Assembly (NCBI GenBank): GCA_003577105.1
Contig: QEUQ01000006.1
Location: forward strand, 14,286 to 78,285
Reading direction: 5' to 3'
DNA length: 64,000 nucleotides
Origin: Acidobacteriota bacterium
GTDB taxonomy: Bacteria; Actinomycetota; Acidimicrobiia; ATN3
Of this stretch, positions 10,229 through 17,922 are shown piece by piece. Made by a program: the position numbers and the translations under genes. Each line of letters begins with the position of its first letter. Position 1 is the stretch's first letter. The notes beneath the pieces are model-generated. The model had not been told where the DNA came from and did no database searches. It saw only the letters and a list, made by a program, of their open reading frames with translations.

Positions 10229-11062
10229 TCAGCCGCCCGCGAGCGTGCGCTCGTATGCGACGACTGCCTCTAGCTCGTCCGGTGAGAGGATGCTCCCAAA
10301 AGCCGGCATCGAACCGCGTGCCGGGTTCTTGTTGGCGCCCCACCCGTCGGGGAAGGCGGCGTTGCCTTTCTTGACAAACTCAACTTGAGAGGCCGCTTCG
10401 GGGAAGTCCTTTAGCAACGTCGTGTTGTTGGCCTTGGAAAGCGGAAGGCCGACACCGCCCTGTCCTGTAGCTCCGTGGCACGCCGCACATTGCTTCTCAA
10501 AGACCGCCTTGCCGTCAGGACCCTTCTTGGAGACATCGGCCCCCGGCTCAGGCAGCGCAGAACCGTCGCACGCGATCAGCTGACCGTCATCACCGACGTT
10601 GAGCTTGCCGGCCTGCCCGCACCTAACGCCGCTTGAGAACTGGCCGAGGTAGACCATGGCAATCACCGGGAGAACAACAAAGGCAAGCACTAGCCACTTC
10701 GGCGCTCCGCTGGTGACAACCTCCTTGATGCCACCCGCAATCTCGCTCTGATCAGCTTCCGGATATGGCACCTCGCCAACTCCGACGAGATCAATTGCCG
10801 GCGCTACAAGAGCCTTGGCCTCGGCGACAGTGACCTCCCGGGGGGGCGCCGGTGTTGACGCTGGAGGAGTCGCGGGTGAAGCCGGTGATGCCGGTGATGC
10901 CTGTGAAGCGACAGCTTCCTGAGCCGGCTCTTCGGCCGCGCCGCCACCTCCAGCTTCGGCCGTCGGGGTGTCAGCCGCTTCGCCGCCCTCGTCGTCGCCA
11001 CCCTCCGACTTGGAGCGTGCGGCCTGCGAGCGCTTCAGCAGATGCTCGGGGATCTCTACCAT
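10229..11062 (-). CDS. Membrane-anchored monoheme cytochrome c with long N-terminal low-complexity tether
   Basis: One TM helix (WLVLAFVVLPVIAMVYL), CAACH heme motif, GSMPAF axial Met; N-terminus MVEIPEHLLKRSQAAR followed by an acidic Ala/Pro linker. Confidence 0.9.
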   Translation of the reverse strand: MVEIPEHLLKRSQAARSKSEGGDDEGGEAADTPTAEAGGGGAAEEPAQEAVASQASPASPASPATPPASTPAPPREVTVAEAKALVAPAIDLVGVGEVPYPEADQSEIAGGIKEVVTSGAPKWLVLAFVVLPVIAMVYLGQFSSGVRCGQAGKLNVGDDGQLIACDGSALPEPGADVSKKGPDGKAVFEKQCAACHGATGQGGVGLPLSKANNTTLLKDFPEAASQVEFVKKGNAAFPDGWGANKNPARGSMPAFGSILSPDELEAVVAYERTLAGG

Positions 11063-11077
11063 GGCGAAGGGGCTCCT

Positions 11078-13009
11078 CTATTTCAGAGTGGACAGATAGC
11101 TGACGAGGTTCTGCATCTCTTCGTCTGAGAGATGTGAATACGAGGGCATCACCGACCAGTCGGCGGTCTCGTGCGGATCCTTCAGATGCGCTATGAGGGC
11201 ATCGGCATCTTTGGTTCCGTCGCGGCCGGCAAAGTGGGTTAGGTCAGGTCCGATACGACGGGTACCCATCATCTGGGGGTCGTCAAACGCGTAGTCGCCG
11301 GGAACGGAAACGGCACCGAGATATGCGTCGGCCTCGACGGGGCGGACTACCTGAGTATGGCAATTCCAACAACCCTCTCTCGCATAGATCAGACGCCCCT
11401 TGGCCTCGGGAGTATCGAGATTTGGAGCCGCTACCTGGCGTTCGTTGCCCAGCTTCGTCGGAGTCGTGAAGCTCTCGTTGGCGACTGGCAATGAGACCGC
11501 AAGCCACAGCCCCAAGCCGAAAATGACCGCTGATGCAACAAGTACCGCGGGTGCACTCTCTCTCTTCTCGCCCTCGCCGGCATCATCAAATGGCACAAGC
11601 CGCTCGCGTGCACCAAGCTCGCCCCCCATGACGGTTCGCACCAGGTTTGTGAGGAAGACCAGCGCTGCCACGGCGACAATTGCGATTCCAACCACGCGCA
11701 TAGTGGAGAACCACCTGAGCGGTTCGGCGACTCCTTGCCAAGCTGACCCAGTGACGACGGGTTTGGCATTGGTCGCGCCCGCCTGCCAAATGAATCCTGT
11801 TACGGCGCCACCGACCCAGGCCCCGGCCGCCAAAGTGACAACGCCTACGACCGTCAGGCCCAAATGCCAGTTGGCCAAGCTCGTCGAGACCCACTGACGG
11901 CCCGTCACCCTCGGGATCACCTCGTAAACGGATCCAGCAGCCCAGCACGAGAGGCCACCAATCAAGAGCAGTTCCGTATTGCCGAGTAGGAAGTCGGTCA
12001 GTCCGACGATCTGCTGGCTACTGCGGAGCGCGCCGAGAGGCATCATCAGCGAGTAGAGAAAGAGGAGTCCCCCGCCGGCCACGAAGAACCTGACAGGGAC
12101 CGAGCGCCCGACAGTTCCCCAGCGCCCCTTGAGGCTTCTGCTCAAGTTTGAGAGAACGGTCCACACCGGAATCGCACTCACGATCGAGAAGGCTATGGCG
12201 ATCGACTGGAGGCTCTCCTGCCCTGGACCAAAGATGCCGCGAATCTGCCCTGTGAATACCCAGAAGATCACTAGCGACCAAAAACCCACCATGGCAATCC
12301 GGCGAGAATAGAGCGGGGCACCGGCGATCTTTGGAATGAAGTAGTAGACAGCGCCAATCCCCGCTGCGAGCAGCCAGAGGCCTGCGACGTTCTGCGCATA
12401 GAAATTGGCCTGCGTTGACTGCCCAACACCCGCGTAAATCGGGAGGTTCGCCGCGACAATCATTATCGGAAGGGCTATGACAGCGAGACCGAAGTACCAG
12501 AGCGACGGATAGATTTGCGGTTCGGCCCGCTTAAGGATTGTGCCCACGACGGCCGCGGCAGTAACCAGGGACGAAATCACCAAGACTGCCGCAATGTAAA
12601 TGGGGAACTCGAGAAACTGCTGCCCTCCCCCAAAGCCAGCTCCTATCGCGCATATACCCGCTAGCGTGCCAAGGAACCAAAGCAGCGCGTTTCCCTTCAA
12701 TGCGGCCTCAGCAACGAGTGACGTACCGCAAAGCCTAGGAACGACGTAAATCGCTGCGGCGGTCAAAGCCATCGAAAGCCAGCCATAGAGGATCGCATCG
12801 AGGAACATCGATTGCGCTCGCCCATACGCGAGGAATGACAGCCCACCTAGCAAGTCCGGATAGATCAGCTGTGCGGCAGCTAGAAATCCGATGACAGCCC
12901 CGACTGCCAGCCAGATCCCCGAGAGGACCAAATACAGCTTGGCCGCCGAATCACCGCGGCTGCCGCTGTCGGAGTTTGAGGACTCACTCACTTCGGGTTC
13001 TTCAGTCAA
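11078..13009 (-). CDS. cbb3-type oxidase CcoN-like/CcoO fusion with degenerate (His-less) CcoN domain
   Basis: CcoN-like segments (YGRAQSMF, IYPSLWYF, YYFIPK...PLYS, TDFLLGN, YEVIPR) and intact CcoO (GRLIYAREGCWNCHTQVVRP, GTRRIGPDL, HLKDP, SVMPSY); start TTG at 13009 with GAGGG (ORF track extends to 13075). Confidence 0.88.
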   Translation of the reverse strand: MTEEPEVSESSNSDSGSRGDSAAKLYLVLSGIWLAVGAVIGFLAAAQLIYPDLLGGLSFLAYGRAQSMFLDAILYGWLSMALTAAAIYVVPRLCGTSLVAEAALKGNALLWFLGTLAGICAIGAGFGGGQQFLEFPIYIAAVLVISSLVTAAAVVGTILKRAEPQIYPSLWYFGLAVIALPIMIVAANLPIYAGVGQSTQANFYAQNVAGLWLLAAGIGAVYYFIPKIAGAPLYSRRIAMVGFWSLVIFWVFTGQIRGIFGPGQESLQSIAIAFSIVSAIPVWTVLSNLSRSLKGRWGTVGRSVPVRFFVAGGGLLFLYSLMMPLGALRSSQQIVGLTDFLLGNTELLLIGGLSCWAAGSVYEVIPRVTGRQWVSTSLANWHLGLTVVGVVTLAAGAWVGGAVTGFIWQAGATNAKPVVTGSAWQGVAEPLRWFSTMRVVGIAIVAVAALVFLTNLVRTVMGGELGARERLVPFDDAGEGEKRESAPAVLVASAVIFGLGLWLAVSLPVANESFTTPTKLGNERQVAAPNLDTPEAKGRLIYAREGCWNCHTQVVRPVEADAYLGAVSVPGDYAFDDPQMMGTRRIGPDLTHFAGRDGTKDADALIAHLKDPHETADWSVMPSYSHLSDEEMQNLVSYLSTLK

Positions 13010-13113
13010 TGCTCGCCCCTCAATTTCTGGAACGCGACATGAAATCGCTGCGGCGTCGGAGCTCCAAAGGCCCACGAAACGCTCCTGCTGCCGCGCCGGG
13101 CACTTGGCGCGGG

Positions 13114-13143
13114 ATTGTCCTCGTCCGGTGGCGGAAGTGTCAA
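13114..13143 (-). promoter_or_regulatory. Candidate housekeeping-sigma promoter for the ccoNO-like gene
   Basis: Minus strand TTGACA-N18-GACAAT in the gap between resC and the ccoNO-like gene. Confidence 0.55.
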
Positions 13144-13159
13144 GAACACCGAACCCTCC

Positions 13160-14017
13160 CTAGGTGCCTGCGTACGAGTGCAAGCCGGCAATCCAAAGGT
13201 TGACGGCGTAGAAATTCACAAGGATCGCCACCCCTCCGACTATCGCCAGTATTGCCGCGCCCCGCCCGCGCCAGCCTTGCGTCGCTCGAGCATGTAAGTA
13301 CGCGGCAAATATCATCAGAACGATGAAGGACATCGTCTCTTTGGGATCCCAGCCCCAGTAGCGGCCCCAGGCTTGCTCGCCCCAAATCGCTCCAGCGATG
13401 ACTCCCAGCGTCCAGATCGGGAATGCAAACATGATCATTCGGTACGAGGCCTGATCCAGGCGATCCGCGCTCGGCAAGCGCGAGACAAGCCCCCCATCAC
13501 TGGTGTCCTCGTCTGCAAAATCTGGATGCCTCGCCTCCCACCGACGCCGAACCAAGTACATGACCTCCAAGATCGCACCAAACAAGAGAAGTGATGCCCC
13601 GGCCATGACGAGAAAGACATGAAATGTCAGCCAGTTACTTCGAAGCGCCGGTTGGAGTTCGCCAGGATCGGCGTAAATGACCCAGCCGACCGACATAAGA
13701 ATCGCCGCGGCGGCAGCCACATATCCCCCGAGCGCCGTGAGGCCGAACTTGGCCTGACCTACGAACAAGTAGGCGGTGATCAACACGAAGGCCAGCGATG
13801 CCGTGAACTCATACATGTTCCCCCACGGTGCGTGCTCCGCCGCAAGGGTTCGGGTTATCAGAGAGAGGAGGTGAAGCGCCCATCCCAGCGAGAGAACGGC
13901 TGTGGCAAAGACCTTCCACTTACGCGTGCGCCAGGCGACGAAGCCGAAGTACCCCCCAGCCGCGACGAAGTAGAGGACGAGCGCCGACACGAAAGCTGCG
14001 TTTGATGTGCGATTCAA
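13160..14017 (-). CDS. resC: System II cytochrome c synthase ResC/CcsA
   Basis: WWD motif WGEQAWGRYWGWDPKET, HAPWGNMYE, conserved His (LTFHV, AYLH, GLHSY); TTG start overlaps the resB stop. Confidence 0.94.
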   Translation of the reverse strand: MNRTSNAAFVSALVLYFVAAGGYFGFVAWRTRKWKVFATAVLSLGWALHLLSLITRTLAAEHAPWGNMYEFTASLAFVLITAYLFVGQAKFGLTALGGYVAAAAAILMSVGWVIYADPGELQPALRSNWLTFHVFLVMAGASLLLFGAILEVMYLVRRRWEARHPDFADEDTSDGGLVSRLPSADRLDQASYRMIMFAFPIWTLGVIAGAIWGEQAWGRYWGWDPKETMSFIVLMIFAAYLHARATQGWRGRGAAILAIVGGVAILVNFYAVNLWIAGLHSYAGT

Positions 14018-15642
14018 CGAGTTGCCTTCTTTGCGACTGAGCCGGCCCCTCGAAGTGCGTCTGTGAGATCCGTTTCGATGCGCAAGAACTCCTCCTCGAA
14101 TATGTCCTTGCGCTGATATGCGACCCCGCCGAAGCGTAGCACCACCCCTTCGGTCCCACCCTCGACAACTTCGAACCAAAGTCGGCGCCGGTATGCGTAA
14201 AGCGCCGGATACAGACTGAGCATCATCACTGCGGCGGCGGCGGCGGCAACCGGAGTCCCGTAAGAGTCGCGCTTCACCGAGAAGACCGTGAAGCGCCTGA
14301 GGTCTATGAGTTCAACGTTGAGGCCGCCTCCAAGCTGAGTTGAGGTGCCCAGCTTCTCGTTGGCATTCGCAGGGAAGGTGGCGAACTTCTGTGCGACCTG
14401 TTCCAGGCCCGTCTTGTCGAGTTCATAGACGTTTTGCGGTTTGTCTAGTCCGAGGTCTCCCCGATACTCAGTCACGACGACGAGCGGGCGCTCGCCAAAG
14501 TCTCCAGTACTGATGAGGTCAAGAGCACCGGGCTCCCTAGCTCGGGGATCATCGGGATTGGTGGCGCGAAAGGGAACCAGCTTGAAATCGGGAAAGAGTG
14601 AGAGCTCCAGACCCACCGAGCCTGAGGCGGTGGAGGGCAACTTGATGACGCCGGCACTCGAGCCATTGGGGCCGCGCATTCCCAAGACCAATGGGCCGTC
14701 GTAAACGACGGTGCTTCCGTCGGTAACACGCACGACTGGGGCCCAGCCGTATCCGAGTTGGTAAAGCTTGACTCCCTTATAGGAGACGGGCTTGTTCACC
14801 CGCACTTCGTCCTCGAGGACCTCCCTGCCGTCGTCGAGGATCTTCACGCGTGAGGTGTAGCTCTTGGGCATGCCGTCGTCGCCGTAGGCGACATCGAAAT
14901 CCTCTACGGCGACGGTGAATCCAGCGTGAGGGTTGATCCATCGGGCGAAGGCACCCTCGCTGTACTCGTCGAAATTGACCCGGCCTCCCTCTACCCAGCT
15001 TGTCTTCTCGACTACCACCGCGCTTCCCTCGAATTTTGTGGTGATCGTCAGAGCTGCGGCCAGTGCCACCAAGAAGAATGACCAGTGAAACAGGACACTC
15101 CCTGTCTCGCGTGAGTGACCTCGCTCGGCGATCCACTGGTTCGCCCCATTGACTGGTGATGACCGCCAGCGTCTGCGGCCGAGAACCCGCCGCGCCTCTG
15201 TCACCGTTTCATCTGAACTCAGCTCCGATTCAACCTCGGTCGTGAAGCGGAGATCTGGGAGGCGGCCTCGCTCCGGTGCTTGCTTGATGCGACGCGCGTG
15301 GGAGAGAGCGGCCCGGGTCCTAGGTATCAGACATGCGCCGGTCACAAATAAAAGAAAGCCGGCCAGGGCGAGAAACCACCAGGAGGTGAAGACCTGAAAC
15401 AGGCCGAGGCGATCGAAAACCTCTCCCCAGAAGCGATGCTCCTCGATGAACTGGGCCACTTTCGAGGGCGCGGCGCTTCGCTGAGGAATCACACTGCCCA
15501 GAAGCGAGACGATCGCTACGGCGATGAGAAGCTGAATGGCAGTCCGCATCGAACGCAGGCGACGCCAGCCGTGCATGCGCTCCATAGCCCTAGGCGGCAC
15601 CGGCTCTGCTCCGAAGTCCTCACTCTCGTTCGATTCAGTCAA
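14014..15642 (-). CDS. resB: System II cytochrome c biogenesis protein ResB/Ccs1
   Basis: LRSMRTAIQLL...GSVIPQ, FTSWWF, GSVLFH, VRVNKP...YQ; large extracytoplasmic domain; between resA and resC. Confidence 0.92.
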   Translation of the reverse strand: MTESNESEDFGAEPVPPRAMERMHGWRRLRSMRTAIQLLIAVAIVSLLGSVIPQRSAAPSKVAQFIEEHRFWGEVFDRLGLFQVFTSWWFLALAGFLLFVTGACLIPRTRAALSHARRIKQAPERGRLPDLRFTTEVESELSSDETVTEARRVLGRRRWRSSPVNGANQWIAERGHSRETGSVLFHWSFFLVALAAALTITTKFEGSAVVVEKTSWVEGGRVNFDEYSEGAFARWINPHAGFTVAVEDFDVAYGDDGMPKSYTSRVKILDDGREVLEDEVRVNKPVSYKGVKLYQLGYGWAPVVRVTDGSTVVYDGPLVLGMRGPNGSSAGVIKLPSTASGSVGLELSLFPDFKLVPFRATNPDDPRAREPGALDLISTGDFGERPLVVVTEYRGDLGLDKPQNVYELDKTGLEQVAQKFATFPANANEKLGTSTQLGGGLNVELIDLRRFTVFSVKRDSYGTPVAAAAAAVMMLSLYPALYAYRRRLWFEVVEGGTEGVVLRFGGVAYQRKDIFEEEFLRIETDLTDALRGAGSVAKKATR

Positions 15643-16168
15643 TCGATCCCCCCGCCCGGGCGTACTCGATCATGCAGCTGAGGTCTGTCTTCTCGATCGG
15701 ACCCGGTATTGAGGCAACGACCCTCCCGTCGCGTGCGACAACAAAGGTTGACGGAGGGGCAGTCACCTTCCAAGTCGCGGCGAGTGCGGCCTCCCGGTCA
15801 TATATCGACGGAAAGGGAACGTCGAACTCGCGCTCAAAGGCTGCTGCCGCTGCCCTGTCATCGCGAATGTTCACCCCGATAAATTGGACTCCCTGAGATG
15901 ACAGCTCCCGGGCCGCTGCTGCGAGCATCGGGGTCTCCGTCCGGCAGGGGCCACACCACGACGCCCAAAAGTTCACCACGGTGACCTGTCCGGCAGTGCT
16001 CACAAGTGATACGGGGGTCTCGCCGGTCACGGGAGGCCCTTCGGTATTGGGAGCGGGACTGTCCCGAGAGATCACCCGACCGCTGCAAATCGCTGCCTCC
16101 CCGGAAGTGCAAGCCGGCAGAAGCATGATCAGCGCGACAAGTCCAAGAGAGAGCCGGCGCCGCGTCAT
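15635..16168 (-). CDS. resA: ResA/TlpA thiol-disulfide oxidoreductase (lipoprotein)
   Basis: VNFWASWCGPCRTE; LPAC lipobox. Confidence 0.9.
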   Translation of the reverse strand: MTRRRLSLGLVALIMLLPACTSGEAAICSGRVISRDSPAPNTEGPPVTGETPVSLVSTAGQVTVVNFWASWCGPCRTETPMLAAAARELSSQGVQFIGVNIRDDRAAAAAFEREFDVPFPSIYDREAALAATWKVTAPPSTFVVARDGRVVASIPGPIEKTDLSCMIEYARAGGSID

Positions 16169-16270
16169 CGCTCACACAAGGGGATCAACGGCGCTGGCCC
16201 TCGGTAGGCGCTGCGAGTCCGCGCTGATGATTCGGCTGAGTTTGCCGGGTACTTTCGGGCCGTGACTAGA

Positions 16271-16288
16271 ATGTGCATCGATTCACAA
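16271..16288. promoter_or_regulatory. Rex operator candidate at the resA / cytochrome bc divergent promoter
   Basis: ATGTGCA-TCGA-TTCACAA vs Rex consensus TTGTGAA-N4-TTCACAA (2 mismatches); overlaps a TAGAAT -10 hexamer (16267-16272). Confidence 0.7.
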
Positions 16289-16350
16289 GGTTACCGGAAG
16301 CGGCACATCCATCTTTCCGGATGCCGCAATTCATACGGAGGTATCAACAC

Positions 16351-16662
16351 GTGGGCTCGGGCAATAGGTCGTGGGTCGCTAGCGTCTATCTCGCTGCCCT
16401 CGCATTCGCCTTGTTGATCCTCGTCTATGGGGTCATACCGAGCGAGTTCATCGGCTGGTTCAACAAGAAGTACAACGACGCGAACCTCCGAAAGTTCGTA
16501 CGTGATCCGATCGTCGTCGTGTGGCACCTGGTGACAATCGCGGGTTTCGTCGTCTACGCCGTGCAGTACCAGAACTTCCGCGCGAAGCGAGCCAAGAAGG
16601 CCGCTGAGGCTGAGTCCGAGAGCGAATCGGCCTACGGCAGACCGCTGAAGTCGGAGGCCTGA
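16351..16662 (+). CDS. Small 2-TM hypothetical membrane protein, first gene of the cytochrome bc operon
   Basis: Two hydrophobic segments; GTG at 16351 preceded by GGAGG (ORF track starts at 16273, inside the operator). Confidence 0.75.
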   Translation: MGSGNRSWVASVYLAALAFALLILVYGVIPSEFIGWFNKKYNDANLRKFVRDPIVVVWHLVTIAGFVVYAVQYQNFRAKRAKKAAEAESESESAYGRPLKSEA

Positions 16663-16670
16663 GTAAGACC

Positions 16671-17078
16671 ATGGCCCGCGGAATCGTCACCGGATTGCCG
16701 GATACATTCACGGACTACGAGGTCGAGCTGATCGATCCCGGAACCCTGGAGAAGTCCGTACGCCCCAAGCAGTTCCTCCACATTGACCAGGAGGAATGCA
16801 TTATGTGTGAAGGGTGTGTGGACATTTGCCCGTGGCGGTGCATCCACATGCTCTCGACCGATTCGGTTCTGGACGCCGAAGGAATTGAGCGGCCCGGGGA
16901 GGATCCCGAGGACCACGTCGTCTTTGTTGTCGACGAAGACGAATGCACACGATGTCAACTTTGCGTGGACCGCTGCCCAACGGGCGTAATCATGCTCGGC
17001 AAGGTCGGCTTGGCGGTGCGCGGCGATACACATTCCAGAGACCAGAGGCACGGGTACGCATATGGCGTCAGGTTCTGA
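16671..17078 (+). CDS. 2[4Fe-4S] dicluster ferredoxin
   Basis: CIMCEGCVDICP and CTRCQLCVDRCP. Confidence 0.92.
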   Translation: MARGIVTGLPDTFTDYEVELIDPGTLEKSVRPKQFLHIDQEECIMCEGCVDICPWRCIHMLSTDSVLDAEGIERPGEDPEDHVVFVVDEDECTRCQLCVDRCPTGVIMLGKVGLAVRGDTHSRDQRHGYAYGVRF

Positions 17079-17121
17079 CGCGATGGCGGCTCGTACAGGA
17101 AGACACCGGAGGTAGTTCCAA

Positions 17122-17904
17122 GTGGCCAACGGAAACGGCGGCCTCGGCAGCAAGCTGTCCGATAAGGGAAAGCAGCTGACCGAGAAGGTCCAGTCGAGCC
17201 AGGCATGGACCTCCATTTTCCGCCCTGGTTCGATCTTCTCAAAGGGCTACTCCGACAGCCCTCGAAATCGCTCGTACGTGATCATGAACTCCCTCGTCTA
17301 TCACCTCCATCCGGTGAAGGTGAAGCGTCACGGGGTGAAGGTCAGCTACACGCTCTGCTTGGGTGGCCTTTCGTTTTTTCTGTTCATAGTCCTCACGATC
17401 ACGGGCATCTTCCTGATGTTCGTTTATCGGCCTACCGAAGCTCAGGCCTATCCGGACATGCAGGCCATGATGACCTCGGTTGCGTTCGGGACCCTCGTGC
17501 GAAATATGCACCGCTGGGGAGCGCACCTCATGGTGATCTCGGTCTTCTTGCACATGGCCCGCGTCTTTTACCACGGTGCGTACAAGTCGCCGCGTGAGTT
17601 CAACTGGGTCATTGGAGTCCAGCTCCTCATGCTCACACTCCTGCTCTCCTTCACGGGATACCTGCTTCCGTGGGATCAGCTGAGCCTCTGGGCCGTCACG
17701 GTGGGTACCAACATGATGGGCTACACACCCGTCTTCGGCCGCGAGATGCGTTTCGTTCTTCTCGGGAGTACGGAGATTTCCACCAACACCCTGCTTCGCT
17801 GGTATGTACTCCACGTGATCATGCTCCCATTCGTAGCCGTCATCTTCATGGCCATCCATTTCTGGAGAGTGCGCAAAGACGGCGGCATTTCCGGTCCGCT
17901 CTAG
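17122..17904 (+). CDS. Cytochrome b, short b6-type subunit of a Rieske/cyt b complex
   Basis: TLCLGG, RNMHRWGAHLMVISVFLHM, FTGYLLPWDQ, WYVLHV...AIHFWRVRKDGGISGPL. Confidence 0.93.
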   Translation: MANGNGGLGSKLSDKGKQLTEKVQSSQAWTSIFRPGSIFSKGYSDSPRNRSYVIMNSLVYHLHPVKVKRHGVKVSYTLCLGGLSFFLFIVLTITGIFLMFVYRPTEAQAYPDMQAMMTSVAFGTLVRNMHRWGAHLMVISVFLHMARVFYHGAYKSPREFNWVIGVQLLMLTLLLSFTGYLLPWDQLSLWAVTVGTNMMGYTPVFGREMRFVLLGSTEISTNTLLRWYVLHVIMLPFVAVIFMAIHFWRVRKDGGISGPL

Positions 17905-17922
17905 GCTGAGGTTCGAACGCCA

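Noticed and set aside
10870-10910. 9-bp repeats GCCGGTGAT
   Set aside because: They simply encode the ASP-ASP linker of the cytochrome c tether
11078-13009. Calling the CcoN-like gene a functional cbb3 oxidase, an NO reductase, or a pseudogene
   Set aside because: Metal-ligand His are absent (rules out oxidase/NOR). There are no stops or frameshifts, CcoO is intact, and an RBS and promoter are present (argues against a pseudogene)
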